A stretch of 64,000 nt of DNA from the NCBI RefSeq assembly GCF_018350175.1, contig NC_058368.1, positions 201,874,001-201,938,000 of the forward strand, read 5' to 3'. The stretch's first letter is position 1. Each line of letters starts with the position of its first letter. Shown here piece after piece: positions 23,390 through 36,839 of this stretch. Both the position numbers and the translations under genes were made by a program. The notes under the pieces were generated by a model. That model worked only from the letters and a program-made list of their open reading frames with translations. It had not been told where the DNA came from and searched no databases. The DNA is from Felis catus. Lineage: Eukaryota.

Positions 23390-23560
23390 GAAGAGTTCGG
23401 ATCAAACTCTGACACTCCAACTTACTAGCGATGTAAATTTGGACAAGGTACATAACCACAATTTGTTAGTACTTAAACTCTCAGTTTTCTCATCTAAAAT
23501 CTGAGAAGAACAATGGCTCCTGTCTCTTTATGATTGAAGAAAAGGATGAGATAAGCACAT
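23390..23560. mobile_element. MIR fragment
   Basis: acttactagcgatgt...ctcagttttctcatctaaaa. Confidence 0.65.
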
Positions 23561-24029
23561 GCAAAGAAAAATAAAGAATTTGCTTAGTAAGAATTAATTA
23601 CTCTTAAGGAGCCACTTTTCAAAAATGTTCTCCCTCACTTCCATATACAATTGACTAAATCCTCCTTTGTTTCCCCAATTTACCTGGTAATTTCTATCGT
23701 ATTGTCGGGATGCATTTGTTATAAGTAAGTTATAAGTCTCTGTGCGGGGCCTTCCTCTTCCTCATATTTGTAACCCCCTCATGCTTGGTGGCAACTGGGA
23801 ACCCGCACAGATTTGAGGTAGTAGAAGAGGATGGAGGAATTCTAGAACAAGTGCTTCCCTGGAGGAACATTTCTCTTCCTTTACTTTCAACTGTTCAAGA
23901 TATCCATATTTGTCTGTTCTGAAATAAAGTTATAAAACATTGGAAGTAGAGAACAAATAACTTTGTTTTGCCTGAAATATTTAAGAGAAATCTGCCAACC
24001 TGATGCTCTATTACCTCCAAATCATTGAG

Positions 24030-24295
24030 TGTGATAGGCAAGTCAACTTCTGGCCTTCAAGGTATGAGGTCCAAATCTCTGGGACCTGTAAATAATACCT
24101 TCTAAGGAAAAAGGCTCTTTATATATGTGATTAAGTTAAGGATTTGGGGATGAAGAGATTTATCCTAGATTCTTGGGCTCCAGATGCCTTCACAAATGTC
24201 CTTACGAGCAAGAGGCAGAGGAGATTAGAGAGACGTGTAGATGGAAGAGGAGGAAGCAATGTGACCACGGAAGCAGAGATTGTAGTGATGGAAGA
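24030..24295 (+). mobile_element. MLT1 (MaLR) LTR 5' part
   Basis: atgtgattaagttaaggatttggggatgaagagattatcc, gcaatgtgaccacggaagcagagatt. Confidence 0.75.
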
Positions 24296-24689
24296 GGAAA
24301 GGAAGAGGAGGAGGAGCTATATTTTACTTTTGATTGCTTAAATAGACTTCTATTTCTAGTCCTATCATGTCTAGCAGACAAAAAATTTATCTTTAGTTTT
24401 TGTGAATTCTACTCCAGTTCTCCTGGGATTGTACTGAAGTCTAAAAGAGCTTACATTGTGTTAAGGTATGTGTGGGAAGCCAGTCTGCTCCTTGGCCGGT
24501 GGACCACTCAGAACAATGCTAGAAGCCCTGTCTCTCACAGCCTCTCCCAACTGAGAGAACATTGCTTATTTGCTGTGTTAGGGACCACATGGCTCTCTCT
24601 GTTGCTCCTGAGTCCCACTTTGGCGGTAAGTCCCATCCCCAATTCCTCCATTTCTTTTGCTCTTCACTAAAGGGAACATGCTGTTAATA

Positions 24690-24900
24690 TTTTTATTTTT
24701 ATTTTTTTTTAATGTTTATTTCTGAGAGAGAGAGAGAGACAGAGTGTGATCTGGGGAAGGGCAGAGAGAGAAAGAGAAGCAGGCTCCAGGCTCTGAGTTG
24801 TCAGCGCAGACCCTGATGTGGAATTTGGACTTAGAAACTGCGAGATCATGACCGGAGCCGAAGTCAGACGCTTAATCCACTGAGCCACCCAGGTGCCCCC
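24690..24900 (-). mobile_element. CanSINE
   Basis: Reverse head; TSD tgctg(t/c)taatatt. Confidence 0.92.
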
Positions 24901-26835
24901 GTGCTGCTAATATTGAATGGGACAGTCTGGGGAAGCCCCATACTCTTCTTGTTATTCCCAAACGTTTTATTTATGCCCTGATCTTTTAAGTTCTCCTCAA
25001 GTGCTTCAAACTTGTGGAAGTACATTTCTGGTACTTCCATTGCTATAGTCCAGTCTTGCCTCTTTGAGATCACATCCAAGGTCACTATTGATGGTATAAG
25101 AGAACTCCAACTCAAACTAGCAAAGGCAGGATTTGGTTTCTTGGCTCAGATAACTGGAAAAGGTGCTTGGTTCGCCTACCAGACTAAAACAAGACCCAGA
25201 AGAACTAGTTAGTGACTTAGGGAATCAAACTGGGGACTCAACTTGAATTTTCTCTCTTTCCATTTCCATTTCTGCTTGTCATTTTCTTACTTTCCAATAA
25301 CAAAGAAAATGGCCCTATGGTAATCCCAAATCTATAACATAGCAGCATAGTAAACCCAGTGGAGGAAGGATCCCTTCTTCCCTCCAGGACCTATATATTA
25401 ACCTCATAATAAAAACAATATAATTACCTTCCCAGCTTGGATCAAGGGTCTATCTTTTGTTGCTAAGTGGATGATGTACTATGATATGTTAGGCCAGGTC
25501 AAATACTGATTGCATGTTCAGGGACAGCACTTGGGGAGGAATGAAGGCAGTGTCACTTAAGATCTCTTGCTAGTCTGATAAAAAAAATCACCTACTGCGT
25601 CAGTTCGCTGCATTTCTCTAGATGGATCTGTAGTGTTCACTCATCTTTCGGGGTTGAATTATATCAAGAAATGGATTATTTTCTTCTTCACCGTTTGGAT
25701 TTCTTCTCATTTTATTCACTAAGTCAGTGCCCCCTCCTCTGTGCTTACCCCAGTAATAGTACTTAGCACACCTACTGTTCATCTTCCTTTTTTGAGAGGA
25801 TAAACAAATGTGCTCAGAGCGTAATTTGCTATGTTCAACAGTGTTTCTCCTCTACTTAAGCTAATATGTAAAACACAGAAAACACTCACTGAATACTCGC
25901 TAAAGGGAAGAAGGGCGGTGCACTTCCATGATGCAAAATAGAAACACAGACAGAGGGCATATAACTCAGATTGAAGCAGGGGAAAACGTTTGTAGGCACC
26001 AATGATGCCGAATACTGAATAAATAGGAGTAAAGAAAGTGAAACGGGACCCTCTAGGCAGTGGGAAGTCTTGGAGCCCGTGATGTGCTGAGTTGGTTGGC
26101 AGAACCTTGCAAGACCCATCATACACATCTCTTCCTCACTCCATAAGCAGTGACTTATCGGTAGCTTGAAACAAGTCATAGTGGGGGGTATTTACCACGG
26201 AAATCAGAAATCTTAAACACTGAAATCTTAGACACTTTCCCTCGAAAAGGAAAGCACATGACATGACTTGCTCGATATCTGCTGGCGAGAGCCCTTCCAC
26301 AGCGGTTTTGCATGGCAAAACTGGCAGAGGGTGACATAAACAGTCACCCTGCATTGAGTGCGTGCAGTTCTAGGGAAGTTATTCCCTGTCCTATCAAATC
26401 AGTCTCAGCCAATTGCTTAGCCTAGAACTAGGCCAGGCCCAACCTAAACTTGATTCCATCGGGACCAGGTGTGGCCCCAACAGCAGCCCCACTTCACATG
26501 TATTACAGTTGCTCATATGTCCCACAGAATACAAGTCTGTTTCCTCCTGCCTCCTGGCACACCAGCCTCCTGAAGCGTTGACATCGGCAAGCTTCCAACA
26601 AAAAAGGTTGCCAACTCTAGTTGTATTTGTCTTTTCTGTCTAGATTATTTCAGGTGTGGTCTTGTCTAATGGTAGAGACTTGACCTAAGTGGGCTTTTTG
26701 CATTTCTTTGAAATCTAGGAATATATAGAGAAAGGAAAGTTTATTGAAGAAAGACACACACAGATACATACACACGTACAGAGATTGGAAGGCAAAAGTT
26801 TTCTTTTGGGGTGGTTGAGATGGACGCTTTGTTTT

Positions 26836-27062
26836 TTCTTTCCAAATTTTTATTTAAATTCTAGTTATTTAACAGATAGGGTAACATTGGTGTAGGAGTA
26901 GAATTTAGTGGTTCCTCACTTACATACAACAGCCAGTGCTCATCCCAACAAGTGCCCTCTTTAATGCCCATCTCCCACCCACTGCCCCTCCAGCAACCGT
27001 CAGTTCATTCTGTATAGTTAAGAGCCTCTTATGGTTTGCCTCCCTCTCTTTTTTTCCCCCTT
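26836..27062 (-). mobile_element. Carnivore L1 3' end (5'-truncated)
   Basis: ggagtagaatttagtg, ccagtgctcatcccaacaagtgccctc, gttaagagcctcttatggtttgcctccctct. Confidence 0.85.
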
Positions 27063-27759
27063 GAGATAGACACTTATAAAAGGGTGGCATCACACGTGCA
27101 AGCTGGATGAAATGAGGAAGTACATTGGAGCACTCCCCTTTCAAAGTTACTTGGTTGTTATTTATTTATGATTTTGCTATAATGAAAGCATGAGGTGTTC
27201 TCAGTGGATACACTTTTGCAAATTTCTTTCTTGACATCACAGCAAAGTGCCTTCTTCCTTTTCCCCTAGCTTCTCATCCCTGAAATCAGTCCACAGAGTC
27301 TTAGTTCCCTGAATCTGACCTTCTCTTCTCTTGGGGTCTCTGGCCTTTCTACTGCCCCATGTGGGAAATACTGTGTGTTTAAAATGATTGCTCTACCTGT
27401 TTAAAATTCTTATAGTTTACAAAGAAAGTTTATAACAGAACCAGGGATTAGAATTAGCATTGCTATCACTAGTTACCATCGTGGAAAAGTGGTCACAGAA
27501 CAACCTAGTGAGAATACATTCTAAAAATGGATTTTTCTTCTTCTGTCTTATGAAATTAAGTCATCCGTGAAAAAGTTGTCCTGGGCAAATTTGGGTAAAT
27601 CAAAATGTAAGTATCATTCACATTAATAGTATACAATTACTTCAAGAATTAACAAAGCAAGCTTATGATTTCCAATGTTTGTATTGAAATCTAACAGGAT
27701 AGATTCCATTTTTTACTCAAAAACCCTTCTGCCCTCTAATCTGCAGGGGAGAGGTCTAC

Positions 27760-28395
27760 TTATTGTGTTGGATGGGTGACTCTCTTTGGCTTCCTGCCAA
27801 GTGGAGTACATGTACATTGCTGCCTTTGCCTTTGGACTTGTCTACTGACATGTGTTGGTTAATAGGTTGTTCATAGGTATGAAACCAGCAGGAGCTGGAA
27901 ATGTGCTAGTGTTTGGACTTGCTCTCTTACACTTCTGCCATCACCATGAGAAGATAAACCTAGATACTCTGCTGGTTCCCAGAAGGATAAGAAACATGTA
28001 AGAAACATGGATTCATCTTGCCATTTGGAGCTAAGCCCAGTCTACCCCAGCCTAGATCGGGCACAGACACATGAATGAGAACAAACGATTTTTGTTTTAA
28101 ACCACAGAGTCTCGGGGTGCCTGGGTGGCTCAGTCGGTTAAGCGTCTGACTTCAGCTCAGGTCATGATCTCATGGTCTGTAAGTTTGAGCCCCGCATTGG
28201 GCTCTGTGCTGACAGCTCAGAGCCTGGAGCCTGCTTCAGATTTTGTGTCTCCATCTCTCTCTGACCCTCCCCCGTTCATGCTCTGTCTCTCTCTGTCTCA
28301 AAAATAAATAAACATTAAAAAAAAAAAATTTAAACCACAGAGTCTGGAGTGCCTTTGTTACTCAGCATTATTGTGTTAATTGTTGACTGACCGAA
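27760..28395 (+). mobile_element. MLT1-type LTR interrupted by SINE
   Basis: cttctgccatcaccatgagaag, gttttaaaccac..., tgttactcagcattattgtg..tgactga end. Confidence 0.65.
28114..28330 (+). mobile_element. CanSINE
   Basis: Head/tail; TSD ttaaaccacagagtct. Confidence 0.93.
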
Positions 28396-29417
28396 ACAAT
28401 AAAGACAAAATAAATCAATAAAAATGAGGCAAACACTCCACCAAGCCATTGCTGGGATGACCTAGACAATGACAGGTTTCTTGAAAAGAAAACCTAATCC
28501 AACAATCACCAATTTTAAACATACAAAAATGTCTTCATGCCTTCCTGGTGGCTCCCATTTCGTCATGCTCAGCTCATTCCCTATAAGTTGAAGGGACAGT
28601 TTGAAAGCAAACTTTGAAAAGTCAGATTCTTTAAATCTGAATGGTTATGTTTCATAGTGTGCCTGGAAATCACAGAAAAATGTTACGAGCGATTATTTCT
28701 GAATGATGGTATTATGAATATTTCTGCTTTATTTAAACACTTTTTAATAACATAGCTTATTGGCATAATTTCAAAACATGTTGTTTTATTTTTAAGGGAA
28801 CAAATTTAGCCTCGTTTCAAATTACAGGTTTTGAAACAATCACTTGTTTCTCAGAGGGAGTTTCGAAACTAATAACAACAAAAAAAGGGGAAAAGCAAAC
28901 ATTGCTACACGTCAATTAGTGGGGTCTTTATTTTACTTTATTTTTCTCAATTCTAAAAGAAAATGTTTCTTTTTAAAACAAACTTCTCCAGTAAAACCCA
29001 ATTTTCTAGGGATGCATCTAGATATCATTTACCTGAATTCGGTAGATAGGCTCTGTCGTCGAGGTGTGTCTTACCAGGGTTCAGGAAGAAGACTTTCCCT
29101 TCCATACCTTCCACACCCTCCATCCAGTGGCATCGTAGAGATGTGATTATCCACCTCGTGGGTACCGATAGGGGTCACCGGTGATCTCAGGCACAACACT
29201 ACCAAAGGGTGGACTCTGCACCAGGGGTCACAGAGGGGTAAGTTCAGCCAACTGTCCTTAGGCAACTAGTCTGCTAATGCAAGTGAAGGCCAAGCCTGCC
29301 GGCTCAGCTTCCACTTCCTGGGTCCCCAGCGACCCCTCTGCCCCTTTGCAGGTCTTTGCTGTAACATTCCTCTTTCCCATCAGGGTGACTCTACAGGAAT
29401 GGCTCTCTCTTTTTAGG

Positions 29418-29623
29418 TTTTTTTTTTTTTTTTTTTTTTAATTTATTTTTGAGAGAGAGGCAGAATGCGAGTGGGGATGGCCAGAGTGAGAGGGAGACAC
29501 AGAATCGGAAGCAGGCTCCAGCTGTCGGCATAGAGCCTGATGCAGGGCTCAGACTCACAAACGGCAAGACCATGAGCTGAGCTGAAGTCGGGCGCTTAAC
29601 CAACTGAGCCACCCAAGTGCCCC
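29418..29623 (-). mobile_element. CanSINE with long T tract
   Basis: Reverse head; TSD tctctctttttaggt. Confidence 0.92.
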
Positions 29624-30787
29624 ATCTCTCTTTTTAGGTCTTAACACTCGTTTCCACTTTCATTATCGTCCCTTCTCTTTCTTCCAGTTTGAACCCAAAG
29701 TATTTGGGGTTTTGTTTTTGTTTTAACGAGAGTTGGGGTAAGTTCTGCTCTGTCTCTAAACATCTTGTTAAGTCCAGAATCCTCTCCATCCAGAATCCTT
29801 CTCTAGCAGGAAACTACCCCGAGTGCTTCTGACTTAGGAAACCAAAGCCAGGAAAACATTTTTCTCTGCTTTATCTTTTCACGTCCCTCCCCAGCAGCAA
29901 GGAGCACACAGAGGTCTAGAAAGTACTCGAAAGGGTTGGGTGGGAAGGAGAGAAAAAAAAGTAAAATGAAATAATGGTAATAGAGATAGAGAGGTAGATA
30001 GATAGAGATGTATGTTTAATAAACTAATGGACGTGGCAAGACCTCATAATTACTGTTTTTCTGTACTAGCTTTTAAAAGACAGCACTGAGCTTTTTTCTT
30101 CCAGAAAGGTCTTCCATCCACTAGTCTGCTATTTCCTCAACTGGCAAAGACCAAGGGATTGCTGGAATTAACTATTTTGGAAAACATGCAGCCAACAAGT
30201 TCCACCAAGTTTCACACCCTTCCTTTCCCCGCAGCCTTAACTGATCAAAGCCTCCGCCCTCCTGCATGCTATCGTTTCTTCGTGACTCACTGGGTTTTCT
30301 TCCCACATCCTTCCTCCACAGCAACTCTTCTTTCTCCGACAGGTTTTCTCAGAGGCCCCTCTACCCCGTCTGCGATGAAGAAATCCTGCTCTCTGTTGTC
30401 TCCCCACTCAAAATCCCTTCTTCTTCCTTATCTTAACGCCAACCCAGCTTTCCTGGAAAGGCACCACAAGCCTTCTGCAGCACCTGGAATCTCCTTTTCC
30501 CTCCCCTACCGCTTTCAGATCCACACTGTCTCACGCCCATCCAGAAAGTCCAGTTTCTTCGACGGGCTCTGTCTTGTCATATAATGTAACTTGAACTTTT
30601 TGTAAGAAGTTACTGTGGTGTGCCAGACACTGAGTGAGGAAAAAGAGCATCTCATGATGCCCTACTCATTCCACAATCAGGAATTCTTGTTCTATAAATG
30701 TAAGATTTATCTACACTCAGGCTTTTCTCACATTCCCCACACCACACATTTCTCTTTCTCAGCACCAGTTTTTAAGAAATAATCATT

Positions 30788-30804
30788 CCCCCCCCCCCCC
30801 CCCC
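30788..30804. repeat. poly-C (17)
   Basis: Homopolymer run. Confidence 0.9.
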
Positions 30805-30875
30805 GAATATTATTTGCCCTTCATGGGCTATCCCATTTACCGTCCGAAAGTATGATTAAAATAGTTATATTTATG

Positions 30876-31068
30876 GGGGTGCCTGGATGGCAGCCTGGAT
30901 GGTCATGATCTCATGGTTCGCGGGTTCGAGTCCTGAGTCGGGCTCTGTGCTGACAGCTCAGAGTGTGGAGCCTGCTTGGGATTCTGTGTCTCCCTCCCTC
31001 TCTGCCCCTCCCCTGCTTGCACTCTGTCCCTTTCTCTCGAAAATAAGTAAACCTTAAAATATTTTTTA
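30876..31068 (+). mobile_element. CanSINE with rearranged head
   Basis: gcctggatgg duplicated with A-box region lost; body intact; TSD tta(t/c)atttatg. Confidence 0.88.
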
Positions 31069-31204
31069 AATTACATTTATGAATACTTTTATTTTGGCTA
31101 GTTTGTTTGCTGAAGGAGGAGTTAACAGTCATTGTGTCTAAGTGTTCAGAAACTACCAAAGAAAATATTCTCTTAGTTTGAGTGTAGCTAGGGCTCCCCA
31201 TCTA

Positions 31205-31268
31205 AATATAATATAATATAATATAATATAATATAATATAATATAATATATATAATATATAATATATT
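31205..31268. repeat. (ATAAT)n microsatellite
   Basis: Tandem atata/ataat units. Confidence 0.9.
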
Positions 31269-32884
31269 TTATAAAGAAAGGTGTCAACCAAATAACTATC
31301 ACACAGTCAGTACAGCTAACCAAGTTAACTAGCACAAGTCTACATGGATGGTGAGACTATAATGATTTTTCGAAAGAGATGGTCTCTGGAATTAAGTAAC
31401 TAAAAGAGAAGCCCGAGTGTAACGCGAATATGCATATTCATAAGCAGGGAACAGAGACCAAAAATAAAACCCTCACTTCTTACACTTACACTTGGGGGAG
31501 TGAAGTTGCAGAGATTTCTTTGGAGACGAAACAGAATCGCTTCTACATCAAGCGCAAAGCTCCACGTGTTCAAGGAGGACACGCGACATCAGCTTTGAAG
31601 AGCTTTGAACTATTCCCAAGAAGCTTATCAGGTGTCCATTTACTACATTTCAACAGTCAAATTATATTGACATTTGTGAGTTAAATCTCTCTATATACAT
31701 TTGGTAATATCTTTAATTCCTATCCATCTAATGATGGTTTACTCGGTTGTCAAACTCTAGGTTGACAATTATTTTCTCTCCCAACTTAGAAGATACTATT
31801 CCTCTATTGCCTGTTCTTACTAACTAAACCCCACCCTTTAGCATCCGATTTCTTTTTGAGAACATTTAGAGCTTCATCTTACAGACTTCAGTAATTCTTT
31901 GGTATTTTATTTGTCTCTTTTACAGTCAAAACTGCTAATTCTTTTCTCTGGAAGGTTAAACGTTTCCTCTTGAAGAAGTTTAATAATTTTTTTCCCAGTG
32001 TATGTCATAGGGTTTTTGTACTATATTCGGTTCTTTGTTGTCTGATTACTCTTTATCCTTTTGAGATGATTAGTTCTGATAAATCTCTTTCTTCAAAATT
32101 TGTCTCAATTCTTTGGCTCTTTGCTTTTTGGCTTACAATCAAAGATCAATTTCCAATTTGTTTTGTCTTGGGGAAGCTCAATGGAAATTTTACCAAGCCG
32201 AATAGGATATTAATTAAAAATATAAGCCTTCTGAAACCCTAATATAGAGGCTCTGACCCAAAGACACTTCTAGTAGTTGATGTGGCTATTCGTTTTTTAA
32301 AACCAGCTATTTTTCTTCTGAATTGCATTACCTTTAATTCTGTAAATTGAATGTTATATCGCACCAGGCAAACTGCTGTGAATAATTATAATACTCACTG
32401 CCGAGTGATGTGACTTCTTCCTCAAAGCTAGGTGGTTTAAGGAAATTGCATGATTAGGTCCCTAGGTATCTTGGCTTATTCAGGGAGGCATGTGGGCCCT
32501 CCAGGGAGCTAATGCGTCTTTAATTATTTACAGGCTCACATGAGACCCCTTATAGATATAAGCACATTAGCTCAGTAGCTAAGTAACAGTGACATGAAAC
32601 ATGTCAGATACAGAAGAAAGAACTAGTAGAAGCTAATGCAAACACGGGTGCTACCATCTCTCAGTAACACCCTGTTGTCCTCTCTGTCGGTGGGTCGATA
32701 ATTGTAGACCATTGTGTGTGTGTGCAATTACCCATGTTAGGTACATTCTGAAATATAGGGGCCTTTTAAGTTTCTGTACAGGATCCTGAGAAACAAATTG
32801 CATCTCGAATATATTTTTATATCTTGTAGTTGACCAGATTTAAGGGAAAGCATTTGTTTGTTTCAAAGTAGTGTTTAAAATGAT

Positions 32885-33135
32885 AGAAGATGACCATGTG
32901 AAGACACAGACCCATAAAGGGAGAAGAAGGCCATGTGATGACAGGGCCAGAGATGAGAGTGGAGTATCTTTAGTTAAGGAACTTAAAGGATCGCCAGCAA
33001 ACACCAGAAGGTGAAAGACATGAGGATTTTCCCCCATGGGTTTCAGAGGGGGTATGGCCATGCTCACATCTTGATATCAGACTTCTGTCCTCCAGAACTA
33101 TCAGAAAATAAATTTCTATTATTTTAAGCCATAAA
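32885..33135 (+). mobile_element. MLT1 LTR 3' part
   Basis: agaagaaggccatgtgatgacag, cagacttctgtcctccagaact..aaataaatttc..ttttaagcca. Confidence 0.8.
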
Positions 33136-33199
33136 CAAACAAAATCATGAAAAAAATAAACAAAATCATGAAGATATTAATTCATCCAGAATGCAAAAT

Positions 33200-33392
33200 A
33201 TTTTTTTATTTATTTCCAGAGAAAGAGAGAGCAGAGAGGGACAGACAGAGAGAGAGACAGAGAGAATCCCAAGCAGGCTCCGCACTGTCAACACACAGCC
33301 CAATATGGGGCTTGATCTCATGATCATGAGATCATGACCTGCGCCAAAATCAAGAGTCAGTTGCTTAACTGACTGAGCCACCCAGGCATCCC
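33200..33392 (-). mobile_element. CanSINE
   Basis: Reverse head and GA tract. Confidence 0.9.
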
Positions 33393-34167
33393 TTTTTTTT
33401 CACTCTTTAGGGAAAACAGTATAATGTGAAGCCCTCCAAACTATATGTAGGAGTGTGTGTGCATGTGCATGTTAAATATAAATATAAATACAAATATAAA
33501 TAATATAAATATAAATATCTTATATCTCATACAAAATATATACATATATAGACCAACAAGCAGAATATGCTAAACATAGGGGTCTGGAAATTGTTTAATG
33601 TAAATTTGGACTGAGGCATAAAAGTACATGTGAGATTCAAAACTATCCAGTTGAAAGCAGCCTCATTTTGTTCAGATCAACAAAACTTGGGGGCTCTAGG
33701 CTCTGCTCCTCTGATTTTTGTTAGAGCAGTATCCTAATGGCAAAGTTGGCTGAAATGGAAATATATGTGGTGGACATCGTTGGGAGTGGCCTCCCAAGCA
33801 TTCAATATGCTCCTTCCCCCATGCACACACTCCTAACCAGACGATGAATTTTTCAGCCACAGCAACATCTGAGTGGGATGACACCCGTGCTGAATTCTTG
33901 GTCATGACAATTGGCACAGGAAGGGGCATGTGCTTTCAGCTCATCGAATCAGAAAGGAGCACAGTTTTTTTCATTCAGTGATTGAGGGGGAAACAGCTTC
34001 TCTCCAAACATATCAGAGGAAGCATGAGGTAGCTACCCCGCGATGATATGGAATTTCAATCAATAAATAAGATGGGTACTAATAAGGTAGAGTGGAGATA
34101 CGGAAAGGACAAGAAGCATTTATTTTGTGTCATCATTAAACTTTGGCATTAAATTAGTAAGAGTTTT

Positions 34168-34398
34168 GGGGCGCCTGGGTGGCGCAGTCGGTTAAGCGTC
34201 CGACTTCAGCCAGGTCACGATCTCGCGGTCCGGGAGTTCGAGCCCCGCGTCAGGCTCTGGGCTGATGGCTCAGAGCCTGGAGCCTGTTTCCGTTTCTGTG
34301 TCTCCCTCTCTCTCTGCCCCTCCCCCGTTCATGCTCTGTCTCTCTCTGTCCCAAAAATAAATAAATGTTGAAAAAAAAATTAAAAAAAAAATAAATAA
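34168..34398 (+). mobile_element. Young CanSINE (SINEC_Fc)
   Basis: CpG-intact consensus-like body; TSD taaattagtaagagtttt. Confidence 0.95.
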
Positions 34399-35039
34399 AT
34401 TAGTAAGAGTTTTTACTATTTTCCAAATTCTCTTTATTATATGAACCAGTTTGAATTATGCCTTTGTTCCTTGTGACCAAATTATCAGAATACATTAGCA
34501 CTAAAATGTTAGATCATAATTGATCTATACTAGTATTTGCCATTGTCTAGCAGTGCACTTGCATGCTAACTTAGTAAATAAAATAGTCCATGTTCAAATA
34601 CGTTTGGAAAATACCAAGGTTTATATTTCACATTTTCAAGGATTTGCAACATAGTCAACATTTTAACAAGTGAAAAAATTCTAGAGTAAAAATTCTAGTA
34701 CAAAAATCCATAATGAGAATGTTAATTTATTATTTGTGTTTTACCTAAAGTATTTTCTACTTACTTAAAAGCCTAAGTTTCATCCGCTTACATTTTTAAG
34801 ACCAAACAGGCTTGGATATTTTTGGTCTCTCCTCAGTTCAACTTGCTGATTTCTGCTCATTCTACCTTCTGTGACATAGGTTGTATTTTAACTTAAAAAG
34901 ACAAATGTTGTCAGAGCATCTGTTACATTTGTAGATCTTGGACTTCTAAAAATATAAACCACAGTCGCCTAATATTTCTGACTTCAACAGTAAATAAGTT
35001 GATCAGAAATGTCACGGTGTTTGTGGTACTGTTGAAAGG

Positions 35040-35480
35040 CTGTACAACCAGACTCAAAGCTAACGAGCCACAAAACATGCCCCAACCATGCTGTAGAACT
35101 TGACCAGAGTTCTACTGGCACACCTCTTGGAACTCATGCTGCAGTTCACAGACACCACGATTGTACCTGTTGCTCAATCCCAGGCCACCTGTTTAACCAC
35201 CCTTCCCGCTCGCTCCCACTGTGCGCTATACAACAGATGCTTTAGCAGCTGCTGCATTGCCTCCACTAGAAACAGAGAAAGCTTAACTAAAGCTGTTTCT
35301 TTTTTATGAATTCCTGTGTCAAAATTCAGCGCAGGCAAACAGATTGGCAGAAGTTAAATCATATGCTGCTACCCTAGCTGCAAAGGAGGCTGGGAAAGTG
35401 AGGATTTGACATTTCAGCTTCTAAAGCAAGAGGTGGTCTCTTGCTCCCATCAAGACTGAGAAGCTAAGGAATTTCTACAA
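35040..35480. mobile_element. Ancient ERVL/MaLR-class LTR fragment
   Basis: ccctagctgcaaaggaggctgggaaagtgag motif. Confidence 0.5.
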
Positions 35481-35529
35481 TAGCTACAAATAATACAACA
35501 GCTTCAAATAATAAGAACATCCATGCTTT

Positions 35530-36065
35530 CAACCCAAGTGTCCACTGATAGATGAATGGACAAAGAAGATGTGGTCTATTCAATGGAGTATTACTCAGCC
35601 ATTAAAAAATGAGATCTTGTCATTTGTGACAATATTGATGGACCTAGAAGGTATTCTGCTAAGTGAAATAAGTCAGGCAAAGACAAATGCTATATAATTT
35701 CACTTATATGAGGAATCTAAAAAACAGCAACAAAAACCAGACAAACAAACAAAAAACCCAGACTCTTAAACACAAAGAACAAACTAGTGGTTTCCAGAAA
35801 AAAAGTGGGTGGGGGGATGGATGAAATAGATAAAGAGGGTTAAGAGGTACAAACTTCTAGTTATAAAATAAATAAGTCAGAGATGAGAAGGACAGCATAG
35901 GGAATATAGTCAATAATATTTTAATAATGTTGTAAGATGACAGATGGTGACTATACCTAACATGGTGAACATTGAGTAATGTGTAGGATTGTCGAATTAA
36001 TATGTAGTACACCTAGAATGAATATAACATTGTATGTCAATTATACTTTAATAATAATAACAAAT
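35530..36065 (+). mobile_element. L1 3' end (ORF2 tail + 3' UTR)
   Basis: aacccaagtgtcca..gatgaatgga..aatggagtattactcagcc, ctaagtgaaataagtcag, tgtcaattatacttta. Confidence 0.88.
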
Positions 36066-36626
36066 TAAAACTTCATGCTTTGTTCATCATCAACATAAAC
36101 TTTTCTCTTTTTTAGACACTAAAACTCATGCTTCATACTAAGAGATGCAACTATTTTTTCACCAACTGAATATTTAGCTACACTCTCTTCAACAAGGGAA
36201 CAAACGAAAAATCTCATCGGTCACAGCAACGATTCCAAATCCAAGAATTCTGGGTGATGTCCATTCCTCTTCTAAGCCAATCACTATACTATCTTGATAT
36301 TTTGTCATATGTGGTTTTAAAAATAAGCTAACCACCTCCCAAATATCCTACACAAAAAAGAGGGAGAAAGAGAGAAGAAAGAAGAGGGAAATTTTGTTAA
36401 GATATATAAATATAAAATACGTATAAAATAGAAATATACCAGACAACGCAAGAAATGTGGGTGGATGTTAGACCTTTGTTTCTGTGGATGATCATCAGGT
36501 CATTATTGGCAGCTGTGACCGTGTGCCCTCTGCCAACATCTCTACAGTCAGAGCTTTCCACTGTAGAGTGACCAATTTTCATTCTTTTCCTTTTCTCTTT
36601 TTTTTTTTTTTTTAAAGAAGAGACTC

Positions 36627-36839
36627 CTTTTTTTTTTTTAAGTTTTATTTATTTTGAGAGAGAGAGAACCAGCAGGGGAGGGGCAGAGAGAGAGAGAGAG
36701 AGAGAGAAAGAAAATCCCAAGCAGGCTCCACATGGTTAACACAGAGCCTGACACAGGGCTCCATCCCAAGACCCATGAGATCATGACCTAAGCCAAGATC
36801 AAAGTCCAACAGTTAATCGCCTGAGCCACCCAGGTGCCC
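36627..36839 (-). mobile_element. CanSINE
   Basis: Reverse head, (GA)n, compound T tail. Confidence 0.9.

Noticed and set aside
29074..29211. Possible minus-strand exon (cag ... CTG|GTAAGA)
   Set aside because: Weak pyrimidine tract, no recognisable peptide, no other support
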